57,126 bases of DNA, taken from Rhodocyclaceae bacterium. GTDB taxonomy: Bacteria > Pseudomonadota > Gammaproteobacteria > Burkholderiales > UBA3065. Shown here in pieces: positions 19,863-28,884 of the stretch (the first letter of the stretch is position 1; each line of letters begins with the position of its first letter). Under the pieces are notes generated by a model. It was not told the DNA's origin and made no database searches. It saw only the letters and a program-made list of their open reading frames with translations. The position numbers were made by a program, and so were the translations under genes. The stretch lies in the NCBI GenBank assembly GCA_018882975.1, contig VEQZ01000001.1:1-57126 (forward strand), read 5' to 3'.

Positions 19863-21012
19863 GATCGAGTACTGGTGGCTGGCGGCGCTCCCGGCGTTCT
19901 TCGCGCTGGGCTGGGCGGCTGCCCGCATCGACATCCGTCAGGTGATCCGCGAGGCGCGCAACCTGCCCAAGGCCTATTTTCGCGCCTTGAACCTGCTGGT
20001 CGACGACGACGCCGAGCGCGCCACCGACGTCCTCGTGGAACTGGCGCGCGCCGAACGCGGCAATACCGAGTTGCAGATGGCCCTGGCCGGCCTGTTCCGG
20101 CGCAAGGGCGAGACCGACCGCGCCATCCGCATCCACCAGTCGCTGCTCGCCGAGGGCGGGCTCGATGGCGAGACCAAGCAGAAAGTGACGCTGGAACTGG
20201 CGCTCGACTTCCTCGCCGCCGGTCTGCTCGACCGCGCCGAGGGCGAGTTGCGCCGCCTGCTCGGCACGCCCCACGAGGCGCGCGCGCTGCCGCCCCTGCT
20301 CAACCTCTACGCCGCCGAACGCGAGTGGCACAAGGCGATCGAGACGGCGCGCCGGCTCGAGGAGATCACCGGCCATCCGCGCCCGCAGGAGATCGCGCAG
20401 TACTGGTGCGAGGTGGCGCAGTACGCCTTCAATCATTCGGACGACGCGGGGGCCGGCGCGGCGGTGGCCGCCGCGCTCGCGGCCAATTACAAGTGCACGC
20501 GCGCCAACGTGATCGGCGGACAACTGGCCCTGCGTCAGGGCGATGCGGCAGGTGCGCTGGCCTGCTGGCAGCGCGTCGAATTGCAGAACGCCGACGACCT
20601 GCCGCTGGTGGCCGGGCTGATCGCCGACACCGCGCTGGCGCAGGGCGAGGCGGCCCGTGCCGCCAACCTGCTGCGCGGCTACTGGCAGCAGACGCCGACG
20701 GTGGATGTGTTGGACGCGGCGCTGCGGGTGGTGCTGGCGGTGGAGGGCGAGCCTGCCGCGCGCGCGCTGCTCGCCGAGGCGGTCGCGCAGCGGCCGTCGA
20801 TTCTCGCCGTGTCGCGCCAGCTTGAGCACGGCGGCCCGCCGGAAGTCAGCACCCTGCGCCAGTTGCTCGGGCAGCACACGCGCCGGCTGGCGCAGTACCG
20901 TTGCACCGCCTGCGGCTTCCGCGCGCGCGCGCACTACTGGCACTGCCCGGCCTGCTCGGCGTGGGAGACCTACCCGGCGCGGCGGGTGGAAGAGCTCAAC
21001 ATTTATGACTGA
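19855..21012 (+). CDS. lapB: Lipopolysaccharide assembly protein LapB (YciM)
   Basis: Start at MLEIEYWWLAALPAFFALGW (TM helix), followed by TPRs and a C-terminal rubredoxin-like motif YRCTACGF...HYWHCPACSAWETY. It overlaps the lapA end by 8 nt. Confidence 0.8.
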   Translation: MLEIEYWWLAALPAFFALGWAAARIDIRQVIREARNLPKAYFRALNLLVDDDAERATDVLVELARAERGNTELQMALAGLFRRKGETDRAIRIHQSLLAEGGLDGETKQKVTLELALDFLAAGLLDRAEGELRRLLGTPHEARALPPLLNLYAAEREWHKAIETARRLEEITGHPRPQEIAQYWCEVAQYAFNHSDDAGAGAAVAAALAANYKCTRANVIGGQLALRQGDAAGALACWQRVELQNADDLPLVAGLIADTALAQGEAARAANLLRGYWQQTPTVDVLDAALRVVLAVEGEPAARALLAEAVAQRPSILAVSRQLEHGGPPEVSTLRQLLGQHTRRLAQYRCTACGFRARAHYWHCPACSAWETYPARRVEELNIYD

Positions 21013-21090
21013 GTCGGCCCCGGCTCCGGTCTGGTCAAGCCGGCCCGCTGCCCGACTCGGACCCGGTTCCGGCCCGGGGCGCCGCACCCG

Positions 21091-21804
21091 ATGAGTTCAC
21101 CCGAACCGCGCATCGTCGTCGCGCTCGACTACGCCGCAGCGGAGCCAGCGCTGGCGCTGGCACGCCGCCTCGACCCGCTGCAGTGCCGGCTCAAGGTCGG
21201 CAAGGAGCTGTTCACCGCAGCCGGGCCGGACCTCGTGCGCGCGCTGGCAGGGATGGGCTTCGGCGTGTTCCTCGACCTCAAGTTCCACGACATCCCCAAC
21301 ACCGTGGCCAGTGCCTGCCGCGCTGCGGCCGGGCTCGGCGTATGGATGGTCAACGTGCACGCCAGCGGCGGCACAAAGATGCTGCGCGCTGCGCGCGAGG
21401 CCATCGACATTGCCGCGCCGGACCCGTCGCGCCGGCCGCTGCTGATCGCCGTCACGGTGCTGACCAGCATGACCCGCGACGATCTGGTGGGCATCGGCCT
21501 CGACCTCGAGCCTCGCGAACAGGCGCTGCGGCTGGCGCAACTGGCGGCAGCCTGCGGGCTCGATGGCGTGGTCTGCTCGGCGCAGGAGGCGGCCGCCATC
21601 AAGGCCGCCTGCGGCAGCGACTTCCGCTGCGTGACGCCAGGCATCCGCCCGGCCGGCAGCGCCGCCGGCGACCAGGCGCGCATCATGACGCCGGCGGCGG
21701 CCGTCGCTGCCGGCGCCGACGATCTGGTGATCGGCCGGCCGATCACCGCGGCGGACGACCCGGCGGCGGCGCTGGCGGCGATCGTGCGGGAGATCGGCGG
21801 CTGA
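21091..21804 (+). CDS. pyrF: Orotidine 5'-phosphate decarboxylase
   Basis: 237-aa ORF. Sequence VALDY...LKVGKELF...[13 protein letters not shown]...DGVVCS...PGIR. Confidence 0.9.
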   Translation: MSSPEPRIVVALDYAAAEPALALARRLDPLQCRLKVGKELFTAAGPDLVRALAGMGFGVFLDLKFHDIPNTVASACRAAAGLGVWMVNVHASGGTKMLRAAREAIDIAAPDPSRRPLLIAVTVLTSMTRDDLVGIGLDLEPREQALRLAQLAAACGLDGVVCSAQEAAAIKAACGSDFRCVTPGIRPAGSAAGDQARIMTPAAAVAAGADDLVIGRPITAADDPAAALAAIVREIGG

Positions 21805-21884
21805 GGCCACGGGCGCGGGCTTGGCTGTGCCGGGTCCGGTTGTGTCGGGCCGGGCCAGTCCACACCGGGCGCAAGGGAGCGGCG

Positions 21885-23030
21885 CTATTTCTTGTCGTGG
21901 AGGCGGTACACCAACCCCTGCTGGTCGTCGCTGATGAGCAGGCCGCCGTCCGGCAGGGCCAGCACATCGGCCGGGCGGCCCCAAGCATATTCACCCTGCA
22001 GCCAACCACTGACCAAGTCCTCGACGCGCTGCACCGGGTTGACTGTGGTGTCGCCCATGACTTTGCGGTCGAGCACCACGCGCACCACCTTGTAGCCGGA
22101 CTTGCGTGAGCGGTTCCACGAGCCGTGCAGCGCCACCACCGCGTCGCCCTGCCAGAACGTGATGCTCAGCGGCGCCACATGCGCGCCGAGCTTGGCGACC
22201 GGCGGCACGAATTCACTGCAAGCACGGTCGCGGCCAAATTTGGGGTCGGCCACATCGCCCTGGTGGCAGAACGGGAAGCCAAAGTGCTGGCCAGCTTGCG
22301 TGACGCGGTTGAGCTCGCAGCTGGGCAGGTCGTCGCCGAGCCAGTCGCGGCCGTTGTCGGTGAACCACAGCTGGCCGCTGCCGGGCTCGATGGCAAAGCC
22401 GACAGAATTGCGCACGCCGCGCGCCAGCACCTCGCGCTGGCTGCCGTCCGGCCTCATGCGGACGATCTGCGCGTAGCCGTCGGCGTCGCGGTCGCAGACG
22501 TTGCAGGGCGCGCCGATGGGCATGATGAACCGCCCCTGCTCGTCGATGCGCAAGTAGCGCCAGCCGTGGTGCTGGTCGGGCGGCAGGCGCAGCGGGAGCA
22601 GTTCGGCCCGGACCAGCGGCCCGCCGCGCGCGACCTCTGCCACCCGCGCCTCGACGTCGCGAATTCGCAACACGCGGCCGATGTCGGCGATGTAGAGGTC
22701 GCCGGCGTGCACGGCGATGCCGGTCGGCATCTCGAAACCGGCGGCCAGTGTCAGCACGCGCCGCTCGGCAGCGCTGGCGCCGGGCAGCACCGCGCTCACC
22801 ACACCAGCGTCGCGCGAGCCGACCAGCAAGATGCCGGAGGGCAGCAGCGCCATCTGCCGGGCATTGCTCACGCCGCTGGCGTAGAGCTCAATGGTGTATC
22901 CGGCCGGCACGCGCAGGCGCGAGATGCCGCCCGGGTCGGCGGCCACAGCCGCGCCGCAAGGCAAAAAAGACCATGCAGCGAGCACCAGTGCCGCCAGCCG
23001 GCCACGGGCAGCCCGCACCCGCTTGGCCAT
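21885..23030 (-). CDS. PQQ-dependent sugar (glucose/sorbosone) dehydrogenase-family protein, exported
   Basis: Track ORF 21885..23204. The preferred start MAKRVRAARGRLAALVLAAWSF gives a signal peptide. Beta-propeller motifs are present: LWFTDNGRDWLGDDLPSCELN, QHFGFPFCH. Confidence 0.7.
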   Translation of the reverse strand: MAKRVRAARGRLAALVLAAWSFLPCGAAVAADPGGISRLRVPAGYTIELYASGVSNARQMALLPSGILLVGSRDAGVVSAVLPGASAAERRVLTLAAGFEMPTGIAVHAGDLYIADIGRVLRIRDVEARVAEVARGGPLVRAELLPLRLPPDQHHGWRYLRIDEQGRFIMPIGAPCNVCDRDADGYAQIVRMRPDGSQREVLARGVRNSVGFAIEPGSGQLWFTDNGRDWLGDDLPSCELNRVTQAGQHFGFPFCHQGDVADPKFGRDRACSEFVPPVAKLGAHVAPLSITFWQGDAVVALHGSWNRSRKSGYKVVRVVLDRKVMGDTTVNPVQRVEDLVSGWLQGEYAWGRPADVLALPDGGLLISDDQQGLVYRLHDKK

Positions 23031-23157
23031 CGCGTGGCACGCAGCGGCAGCCTGCTGCGATTTGCCCTGCCACGCGCGCACCAGGCGCAGCGCCATGACC
23101 CGCATGCTAGCCTCTGCAGAGGCGGGCGCTGCCCGCTTCCGCGCCCGCGCCTGCCCC

Positions 23158-24999
23158 ATGGACCCTTGCAGCAAAGCCCCGGAAACCATTTTGAACGCTC
23201 CCATCTATACCCTCCGCTGCAAGGACCCACGCCAGCACCTCTGGCAGGTCCGCATCACCGTAGAACAGCCGGCGCCGGATGGCCAGCGCCTGCGCCTACC
23301 GGTGTGGATCCCGGGCAGTTACCTGGTGCGCGAATATGCAAGGCACGTCGTTAGTGTGAGCGCCCACTGCGGTGGAGAGCCGATTAGCGTAAACAAGGTC
23401 GACAAGCAGACCTGGCAGGCTGCGCCCTGCGCCGGCACCCTGCACGTCGACTTCACCTTCTACGCACACGACGAGTCGGTGCGCGGCGCGTGGGTGGACG
23501 ACCGCCGCGCCTACTTCAACGGCGCCGCCATCCTGCCCTGGGTCGAGGGGCAGGAACACGGGCCGCAGCGCCTGCGCATTGAGCGCATCGAGGACGCCTG
23601 CGCGGCCGGCTGGAAGGTCGCCACCACCATGACCGCGGAAGACATCGATGCCGACGGCTACGGCAGCTACAGCGCCGCCGACTACGACGAGCTCATCGAC
23701 CACCCGGTGGAGATCGCGGCGTGGCAAGCGGTCGAGTTCGAGGCTTGCGGCACGCCGCACCGCATCGTGCTCAGCGGCGAATTTGCCGGTGTCGACTTGG
23801 CGCGGCTGGCCGCCGACGTGCGGAAGGTCTGCGCCTGGCAGATCGGCCTGTTCGGCGGCACCGCTCCGTTCGACCATTACGACTTTTTGACGCTGGCGAC
23901 GCGCGGCGGCTACGGCGGCCTCGAACACCGCGCCAGCACCAGCCTGATCGTGCAGCGCGACCACCTGCCGCGCGCCCACGGCCACGACGACAAGGGCTAC
24001 CGAACCCTGCTCGGCCTATTCAGCCACGAGTATTTCCACAGCTGGCTGGTCAAGCGCATCAAGCCGGCGGACTTTGCGCCCTACGACCTGTCACGCGAGA
24101 ACCTGACGCGGCAACTCTGGCTGTTCGAGGGCTTCACCTCCTACTACGACGACCTCGCCTTGCTGCGCAGCGGCGTGATCGATGCGGCGACCTACCTCAA
24201 GCTGCTCGCCGAAACCATCAGCCGCGTCCACGGCATGCCCGGCCACCGCGTGCAGACGCTGGAGGACGCCAGCCTTGACGCCTGGATCAAGTACTACCGG
24301 CCGGACGAGAACAGCCCGAATGCCACCGTGAGCTATTACGCCAAAGGCGCGCTAGTCGCGCTCTCGCTCGACTTGCATTTGCGCAAAGAGACCGCCGGCC
24401 GGGTGACGTTGGACCAAGTGACGTTGGACCCTATTACGCTGGATGCGGTGATGCAGGCGCTGTGGGCGAAGCACGCCAGCGCGCCGCTGCACGATGGCGA
24501 CTTCGAGGCGCTGGCCGAGGCAGTGAGCGGCATCGAACTGGCCGGCTGGTTCGAACGCGCGCTGCGCAGCACCGAGCCGCTGCCGCTGCACGAGCAGCTG
24601 CCGGCCTTCGGCATCGACTGGCAGTGGCGCGTCGGCGAGTCGGACGAGAGGGCCGACACGGTGACTCTGGGCGCCAAGTTCGAGAGCAAGGGCGCAGCGC
24701 GGGTGCGTACGCTGCTGCCGGGCGGCCCGGCTCAGCGCGCCGGCCTGGCGCCGGGCGACGAAGTGGTCGCGCTGGACGGCTGGCGGGTGGATGCCGCGAC
24801 CCTGCCCGGCGTGCTCAAGACCTTGGCGCCCGGGGTGGCGGTGAGCCTGCACAGCGCACGCGACGGGCGCTTGCGCACCGGGGAAATCGTGCCGGTGGCA
24901 CCCGAGCCGGACACCTGTGTACTGAAATTGGCCGAAGCCGGTGCGGCGGGCGTCAGCGAGACCGCGCTGGGCCTGCGCAAGAGCTGGTTGGGGGCCTGA
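23158..24999 (+). CDS. M61 family (glycyl aminopeptidase-like) metallopeptidase with C-terminal PDZ
   Basis: Internal ATG of track ORF 22891..24999 gives 613 aa. Features are the HEYFHSW zinc motif, GFTSYY, and a PDZ-like GGPAQRAGLAPGDEVVALDG. Confidence 0.8.
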   Translation: MDPCSKAPETILNAPIYTLRCKDPRQHLWQVRITVEQPAPDGQRLRLPVWIPGSYLVREYARHVVSVSAHCGGEPISVNKVDKQTWQAAPCAGTLHVDFTFYAHDESVRGAWVDDRRAYFNGAAILPWVEGQEHGPQRLRIERIEDACAAGWKVATTMTAEDIDADGYGSYSAADYDELIDHPVEIAAWQAVEFEACGTPHRIVLSGEFAGVDLARLAADVRKVCAWQIGLFGGTAPFDHYDFLTLATRGGYGGLEHRASTSLIVQRDHLPRAHGHDDKGYRTLLGLFSHEYFHSWLVKRIKPADFAPYDLSRENLTRQLWLFEGFTSYYDDLALLRSGVIDAATYLKLLAETISRVHGMPGHRVQTLEDASLDAWIKYYRPDENSPNATVSYYAKGALVALSLDLHLRKETAGRVTLDQVTLDPITLDAVMQALWAKHASAPLHDGDFEALAEAVSGIELAGWFERALRSTEPLPLHEQLPAFGIDWQWRVGESDERADTVTLGAKFESKGAARVRTLLPGGPAQRAGLAPGDEVVALDGWRVDAATLPGVLKTLAPGVAVSLHSARDGRLRTGEIVPVAPEPDTCVLKLAEAGAAGVSETALGLRKSWLGA

Positions 25000-25080
25000 C
25001 CGGCGCCACGGGACCCCGGGCTTCAAGGCCCGGTCGTCAAACGCCCCGGACCACCCGCTAACCGGGGCCCGGCTGAGACC

Positions 25081-25428
25081 TCAGTCCGCCCACTCGCTCT
25101 TGAGCACCTTCCACTCCTGCTTGCCGCCCTCGATGTTGGAGCAGCCCAAGGGCTCTGGTTCAACGCCCGGCTTGAGCAGCGACCTGCCGCGGTCGGCGGT
25201 TCGATTGTCCATGTACCAGCGCTCGAGCACCAATTTCATGGTCCGGCTCGGGTGCGTGTTGGCGATGTAGATCATGACGCCCCTGCGCTCCACACATTTG
25301 GAGTCGAAGTCGGTGGAAAAGGCGATGAAATTGAGCGGGTCCTCGTCCCCGGCGGTGGCAGTAGCCGGAACAGCGAGCGCCGCGGTGGCGAGCAGCAAGG
25401 CGAGGACGCAGCGGGCAAGACAGGGCAT
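25081..25428 (-). CDS. Hypothetical small exported protein
   Basis: Internal ATG of track ORF 25081..25566 gives a signal peptide (MPCLARCVLALLLATAALAVPATATA). I recognise no domain. Confidence 0.45.
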   Translation of the reverse strand: MPCLARCVLALLLATAALAVPATATAGDEDPLNFIAFSTDFDSKCVERRGVMIYIANTHPSRTMKLVLERWYMDNRTADRGRSLLKPGVEPEPLGCSNIEGGKQEWKVLKSEWAD

Positions 25429-25716
25429 GGGTAAACTCCGGAACGGTCGCGCGGTCTGACAAGGGCATCGCGATTCTGCTCCCCTGCGCCGCAAATTGTC
25501 CCCGCGCCCCCGCAAAGCCTGCGGTTCCATCACAGCAGGACTCTCGCCGGGCCAGTCGACGACCACCCGCGCGACCCCTCTCGCAGCGCCGATCCGGCCG
25601 TCCAGACCCTGACCCTACGCCCCGACATCTCCCGACTCACCGCACTGCGCTGCCTTGCCCGCCTCGGGCTGGAGGCCTTGCGCCGGCGCTGCTCGCCCAT
25701 CGATGCGCTCAACGCC

Positions 25717-26538
25717 ATGACCCCGCAGGACACCCACCAGCGCGTCGACGGCCTGGCCTACGGTGACCACCCGCGCCAGTGTCTCGACCTCTACCGGCCA
25801 CTCGGCAGCGCGCCCGCGGCCGGCTGGCCGGTGCTGCTGTTCTTCTATGGCGGCAGTTGGCAGAGCGGCCACCGCAGCGAGTACCGATTCCTCGGCGAGG
25901 CGCTGGCGGCGTGCGGCATCCTCGCCGCCGTGGCCGACTACCGCCTGCACCCCGAGGTGCGCTATGACGGTGTCCTCACCGACAGTGCCGCGGCGCTGGC
26001 CTGGCTGCGCGGCGCAGTAGCGCAACACGGTGGCGACCCGGCGCGCCTGTTCGTAGCCGGCCACAGCGCCGGCGCCTTCAACGCCGCCATGCTGGCGCTG
26101 GATGCGCGCTGGCTCGGCGAGCATGGCCTGAGCCCGGTCACGACGCTGGCCGGCTGGGTCGGCGTGGCCGGGCCCTACGATTTCCGCCCGCTGCTCGACC
26201 CGGCGCTGATGGCGCTGTTCAACCGCGTGGATGCACCCGACACCACACCCGACGACACGCAGCCGATCTTTTACGCGTCGGCCGATGCCCCGCCGGCGCT
26301 GCTGGTCGCGCCGCGCGAAGACCACATCGTCTACCCCGGTGTGAACACCGGCGGGCTGGCGCAACGCCTGCGCATGCACGCGGTTCCGGTCACGGAACGC
26401 TACTACCGCCGCACCAACCACTACACGGTGATCGGTGCGCTGGGTGAGCCCTTGCGGCCGCTGGCACCGGTGCTCGAGGACGTCTGCGAGTTCGTGGTGT
26501 GCACCCCGCGGCCGTCTGAGGCGCACGAGCACGCCTGA
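25717..26538 (+). CDS. Alpha/beta hydrolase (esterase/lipase fold-3 type)
   Basis: Oxyanion-type motif FFYGGSW and nucleophile elbow GHSAGA. The start is chosen at MTPQDTH. Confidence 0.7.
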   Translation: MTPQDTHQRVDGLAYGDHPRQCLDLYRPLGSAPAAGWPVLLFFYGGSWQSGHRSEYRFLGEALAACGILAAVADYRLHPEVRYDGVLTDSAAALAWLRGAVAQHGGDPARLFVAGHSAGAFNAAMLALDARWLGEHGLSPVTTLAGWVGVAGPYDFRPLLDPALMALFNRVDAPDTTPDDTQPIFYASADAPPALLVAPREDHIVYPGVNTGGLAQRLRMHAVPVTERYYRRTNHYTVIGALGEPLRPLAPVLEDVCEFVVCTPRPSEAHEHA

Positions 26539-26697
26539 ACGCGGTGCCCGGCCCGCGGCCTTGTCGCAGTTGCTGTCCACCCAGCTGTGACACCCCGACC
26601 CGTCAAACGCCTGCAACTTTGTTGTGGGTGGGGGTGCCAGTACGGCCGGAATTGGTTATGCTGGCCTGACGCGTCCTGTCTTTGGCTGGAGGTGTCC

Positions 26698-27567
26698 GTG
26701 GAGCTGAAACCTGCTTTTTTCCGCTGCCTGATCGCCGCGCTGGCGCTGCTGCCAGCCGTGGTCTCGGCCAACGTGTTCGGCGAGGATCGCCGCGAACAAT
26801 CCGCAGCTGACAGCGACCCGCTGCGTTGGGTCGGCGAGCTCTACAGCGAGTCCGACCAGTTCCAGACCGGCAGCGCCGTGCTGGTGGACGAGTGCCACAT
26901 CCTCAGCGCCTACCACTCGACGTTCTTCCGCCGCGACGGCAACCTGAGCAAACCCTCCAGCTACGTGGTCTCGCGCTTCATGCTCGACCCCGATCCGGCG
27001 CAGCCCGGCACCTTCCGCCGCAGCACGCTGGCACGGCCGGTGGTGTGGGGCGAGTTCAACCGCTGGTCGCTGCGCGGTCAATCGGAGGATTGGGCGCTGC
27101 TGCGGCTCGACGACTGCCTCGGCAGGGAGGTCGGCTACGCGCGAATCGCCGAAGCGGGCGAGAAGGCACGCAACGGCTATGGCGAACTGCTGTTCGCCGG
27201 CTACCCGCAGTCGCGTCGCGCGCTGGGTGGCGTGACGCTGGAGCGCGGCTGCCGCGCTTGGGATTCGGGCCCGGTGTTCCCGATCATCGGCGTGGATTGC
27301 GCCTTTGAGCGCGGCGCCTCTGGCGGCCCGATCTTCGAGCGCATCGACGGCCACTGGACGGTGGTCGGAGTGGCGAGCTACCGCAGCAACCCGGTCGACG
27401 AAGTGATCCCGATGTACCTGAGCAAGCACCGCAACGTGATGGTGTCGTCGGACGCCTTCAGCGCGCGGGTGGGCCAGCGCCTGCAACTGGCGGCGCCTGG
27501 GGCGGATCCCGGCGAGGGGCGGGAGTCGGCAATACCGAGTCTGGCCAAGGTCCGCCGCGCCGACTGA
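26698..27567 (+). CDS. Trypsin-like (S1) serine endopeptidase, exported
   Basis: GTG start preceded by GGAGG. It has a signal peptide (LIAALALLPAVVSA) and a catalytic-triad context: LSAYH, DWALLRLD, GASGGP. Confidence 0.65.
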   Translation: MELKPAFFRCLIAALALLPAVVSANVFGEDRREQSAADSDPLRWVGELYSESDQFQTGSAVLVDECHILSAYHSTFFRRDGNLSKPSSYVVSRFMLDPDPAQPGTFRRSTLARPVVWGEFNRWSLRGQSEDWALLRLDDCLGREVGYARIAEAGEKARNGYGELLFAGYPQSRRALGGVTLERGCRAWDSGPVFPIIGVDCAFERGASGGPIFERIDGHWTVVGVASYRSNPVDEVIPMYLSKHRNVMVSSDAFSARVGQRLQLAAPGADPGEGRESAIPSLAKVRRAD

Positions 27568-27618
27568 GCGCAGGTCTCACACCCCACGGCGGTGGGCGCG
27601 ATTGCCGGGTGTCCGGCG

Positions 27619-28884
27619 CTATCCCCGCACGCCCAGTTGCTTGAGTTTGCGGTAGAGGTGGGTGCGCTCCAACCCGACGTAGTCCGCCAGCGCCGCCACC
27701 TGCCCGCCGAGGCGCGCCAGATGGTGCTCGAAGTAGGCCCGTTCAAAGGCGTCGCGCGCCTCGCGCAAGGGCACGTCGAACCACGCTGCATCGAGGCGCG
27801 GCGCGGCACCAGCGGCGTCAGGCGCCGCGCCGGGCGTGCCACCGTCGCCGGCAAGTTCCGCCGGCGGCCTCTGCAGCCGCGCCCAGTCCAAAGCATCGGC
27901 GCCAAGCACCTGCACCTGTTCCAGCAAGGCGCGCAACTCGACGAAATCTCCCGGCAGCCAGCACGCGCCGATCGCTTCGCGCACGCTGGCGGCCAACTCG
28001 CCGAGCGCCGGCGCAAGATGCGCGTGCAGGCAGGCCGCCACCGCCCCGGCGTCGTGGCCGGCGTCGCGCAAAGCCGGCAGGTCGACGCGGCCCGGGCCGA
28101 GCGCGCTAAACAGGCCCGGCTCGAGCCGCCCGTCGGCCAGCAGGCGCGCCGGGTCGGCCGAGCAACCGACCGCGAGGCGGAAACCCGCCTGCGCGCGGCG
28201 GTTGGCGACGATCGCCAGCCCCTTGGCTTCGAGCCTTGAGAGCGGCGCCAAGTCGGCCAGCCACAAGGCGCCGCCAGCGGCACGCTCGGCCAGCTCGCCA
28301 GGGGCATCGGCCAGTTGCGACTGCCGCTCCACTGCCACCCACGGCCCGCCGGGGCGCCGCAACAGCGGCAAGAACACCTCGAACGCGCCACCCGGCGGCC
28401 CCACCAACAGCAAGGGGTGGTCGCGCACCAACAGCGCCTCGGCTGCCGCACGCGCGCGCTCGAACGGCGGCGACACGCGGCACAGCGCCTCCAGCAGGCC
28501 GTCGCCGGCGGCGGAGGCGGTATCGACCAATTGCCGCCGCACCGTCTCCAGCAGTCGCGCCAAGGCCACCGGCTTCTCGAGGAAATCCGCCGCGCCCACG
28601 CGCGTCGCCTCGACCGCCGTGTCGATGGTGGCGTGGCCCGACATCATCACCACTGGCATGTCGAGCTGACCGTTGCGCGCCCATTCCTTGAGCAGCGTCA
28701 CGCCGTCGGTGTCGGGCATCCAGATGTCGAGCAGGACCAGGTCCGGCCGGCCGGCGTTGCGCGCCGCGCGCGCCTCGGTGGCGTTGGCGGCCAGCGCCAC
28801 GGCGTAGCCCTCGTCGGCGAGGATGTCGGCGAGCAGCTCGCGGATGCCGGCTTCGTCGTCGACCACCAGGATCTGTGCGCTCAT
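27619..28884 (-). CDS. ntrX: NtrX-like response regulator (receiver + degenerate AAA+ + Fis-type HTH)
   Basis: Receiver domain (ILVVDDE...DLVLLDIWMPDTDG...EKP) and C-terminal HTH (LADYVGLERTHLYRKLKQLGV). The central domain has GPPGGAFE in place of the Walker A GxxxxGK, and I see no GAFTGA. The ATG overlaps the kinase stop (ATGA). Confidence 0.7.
   Translation of the reverse strand: MSAQILVVDDEAGIRELLADILADEGYAVALAANATEARAARNAGRPDLVLLDIWMPDTDGVTLLKEWARNGQLDMPVVMMSGHATIDTAVEATRVGAADFLEKPVALARLLETVRRQLVDTASAAGDGLLEALCRVSPPFERARAAAEALLVRDHPLLLVGPPGGAFEVFLPLLRRPGGPWVAVERQSQLADAPGELAERAAGGALWLADLAPLSRLEAKGLAIVANRRAQAGFRLAVGCSADPARLLADGRLEPGLFSALGPGRVDLPALRDAGHDAGAVAACLHAHLAPALGELAASVREAIGACWLPGDFVELRALLEQVQVLGADALDWARLQRPPAELAGDGGTPGAAPDAAGAAPRLDAAWFDVPLREARDAFERAYFEHHLARLGGQVAALADYVGLERTHLYRKLKQLGVRG

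Noticed and set aside
17538-21087. 798-aa and 471-aa minus-strand ORFs
   Set aside because: They are antisense to rpsA, ihfB, lapA and lapB, and have low-complexity composition.
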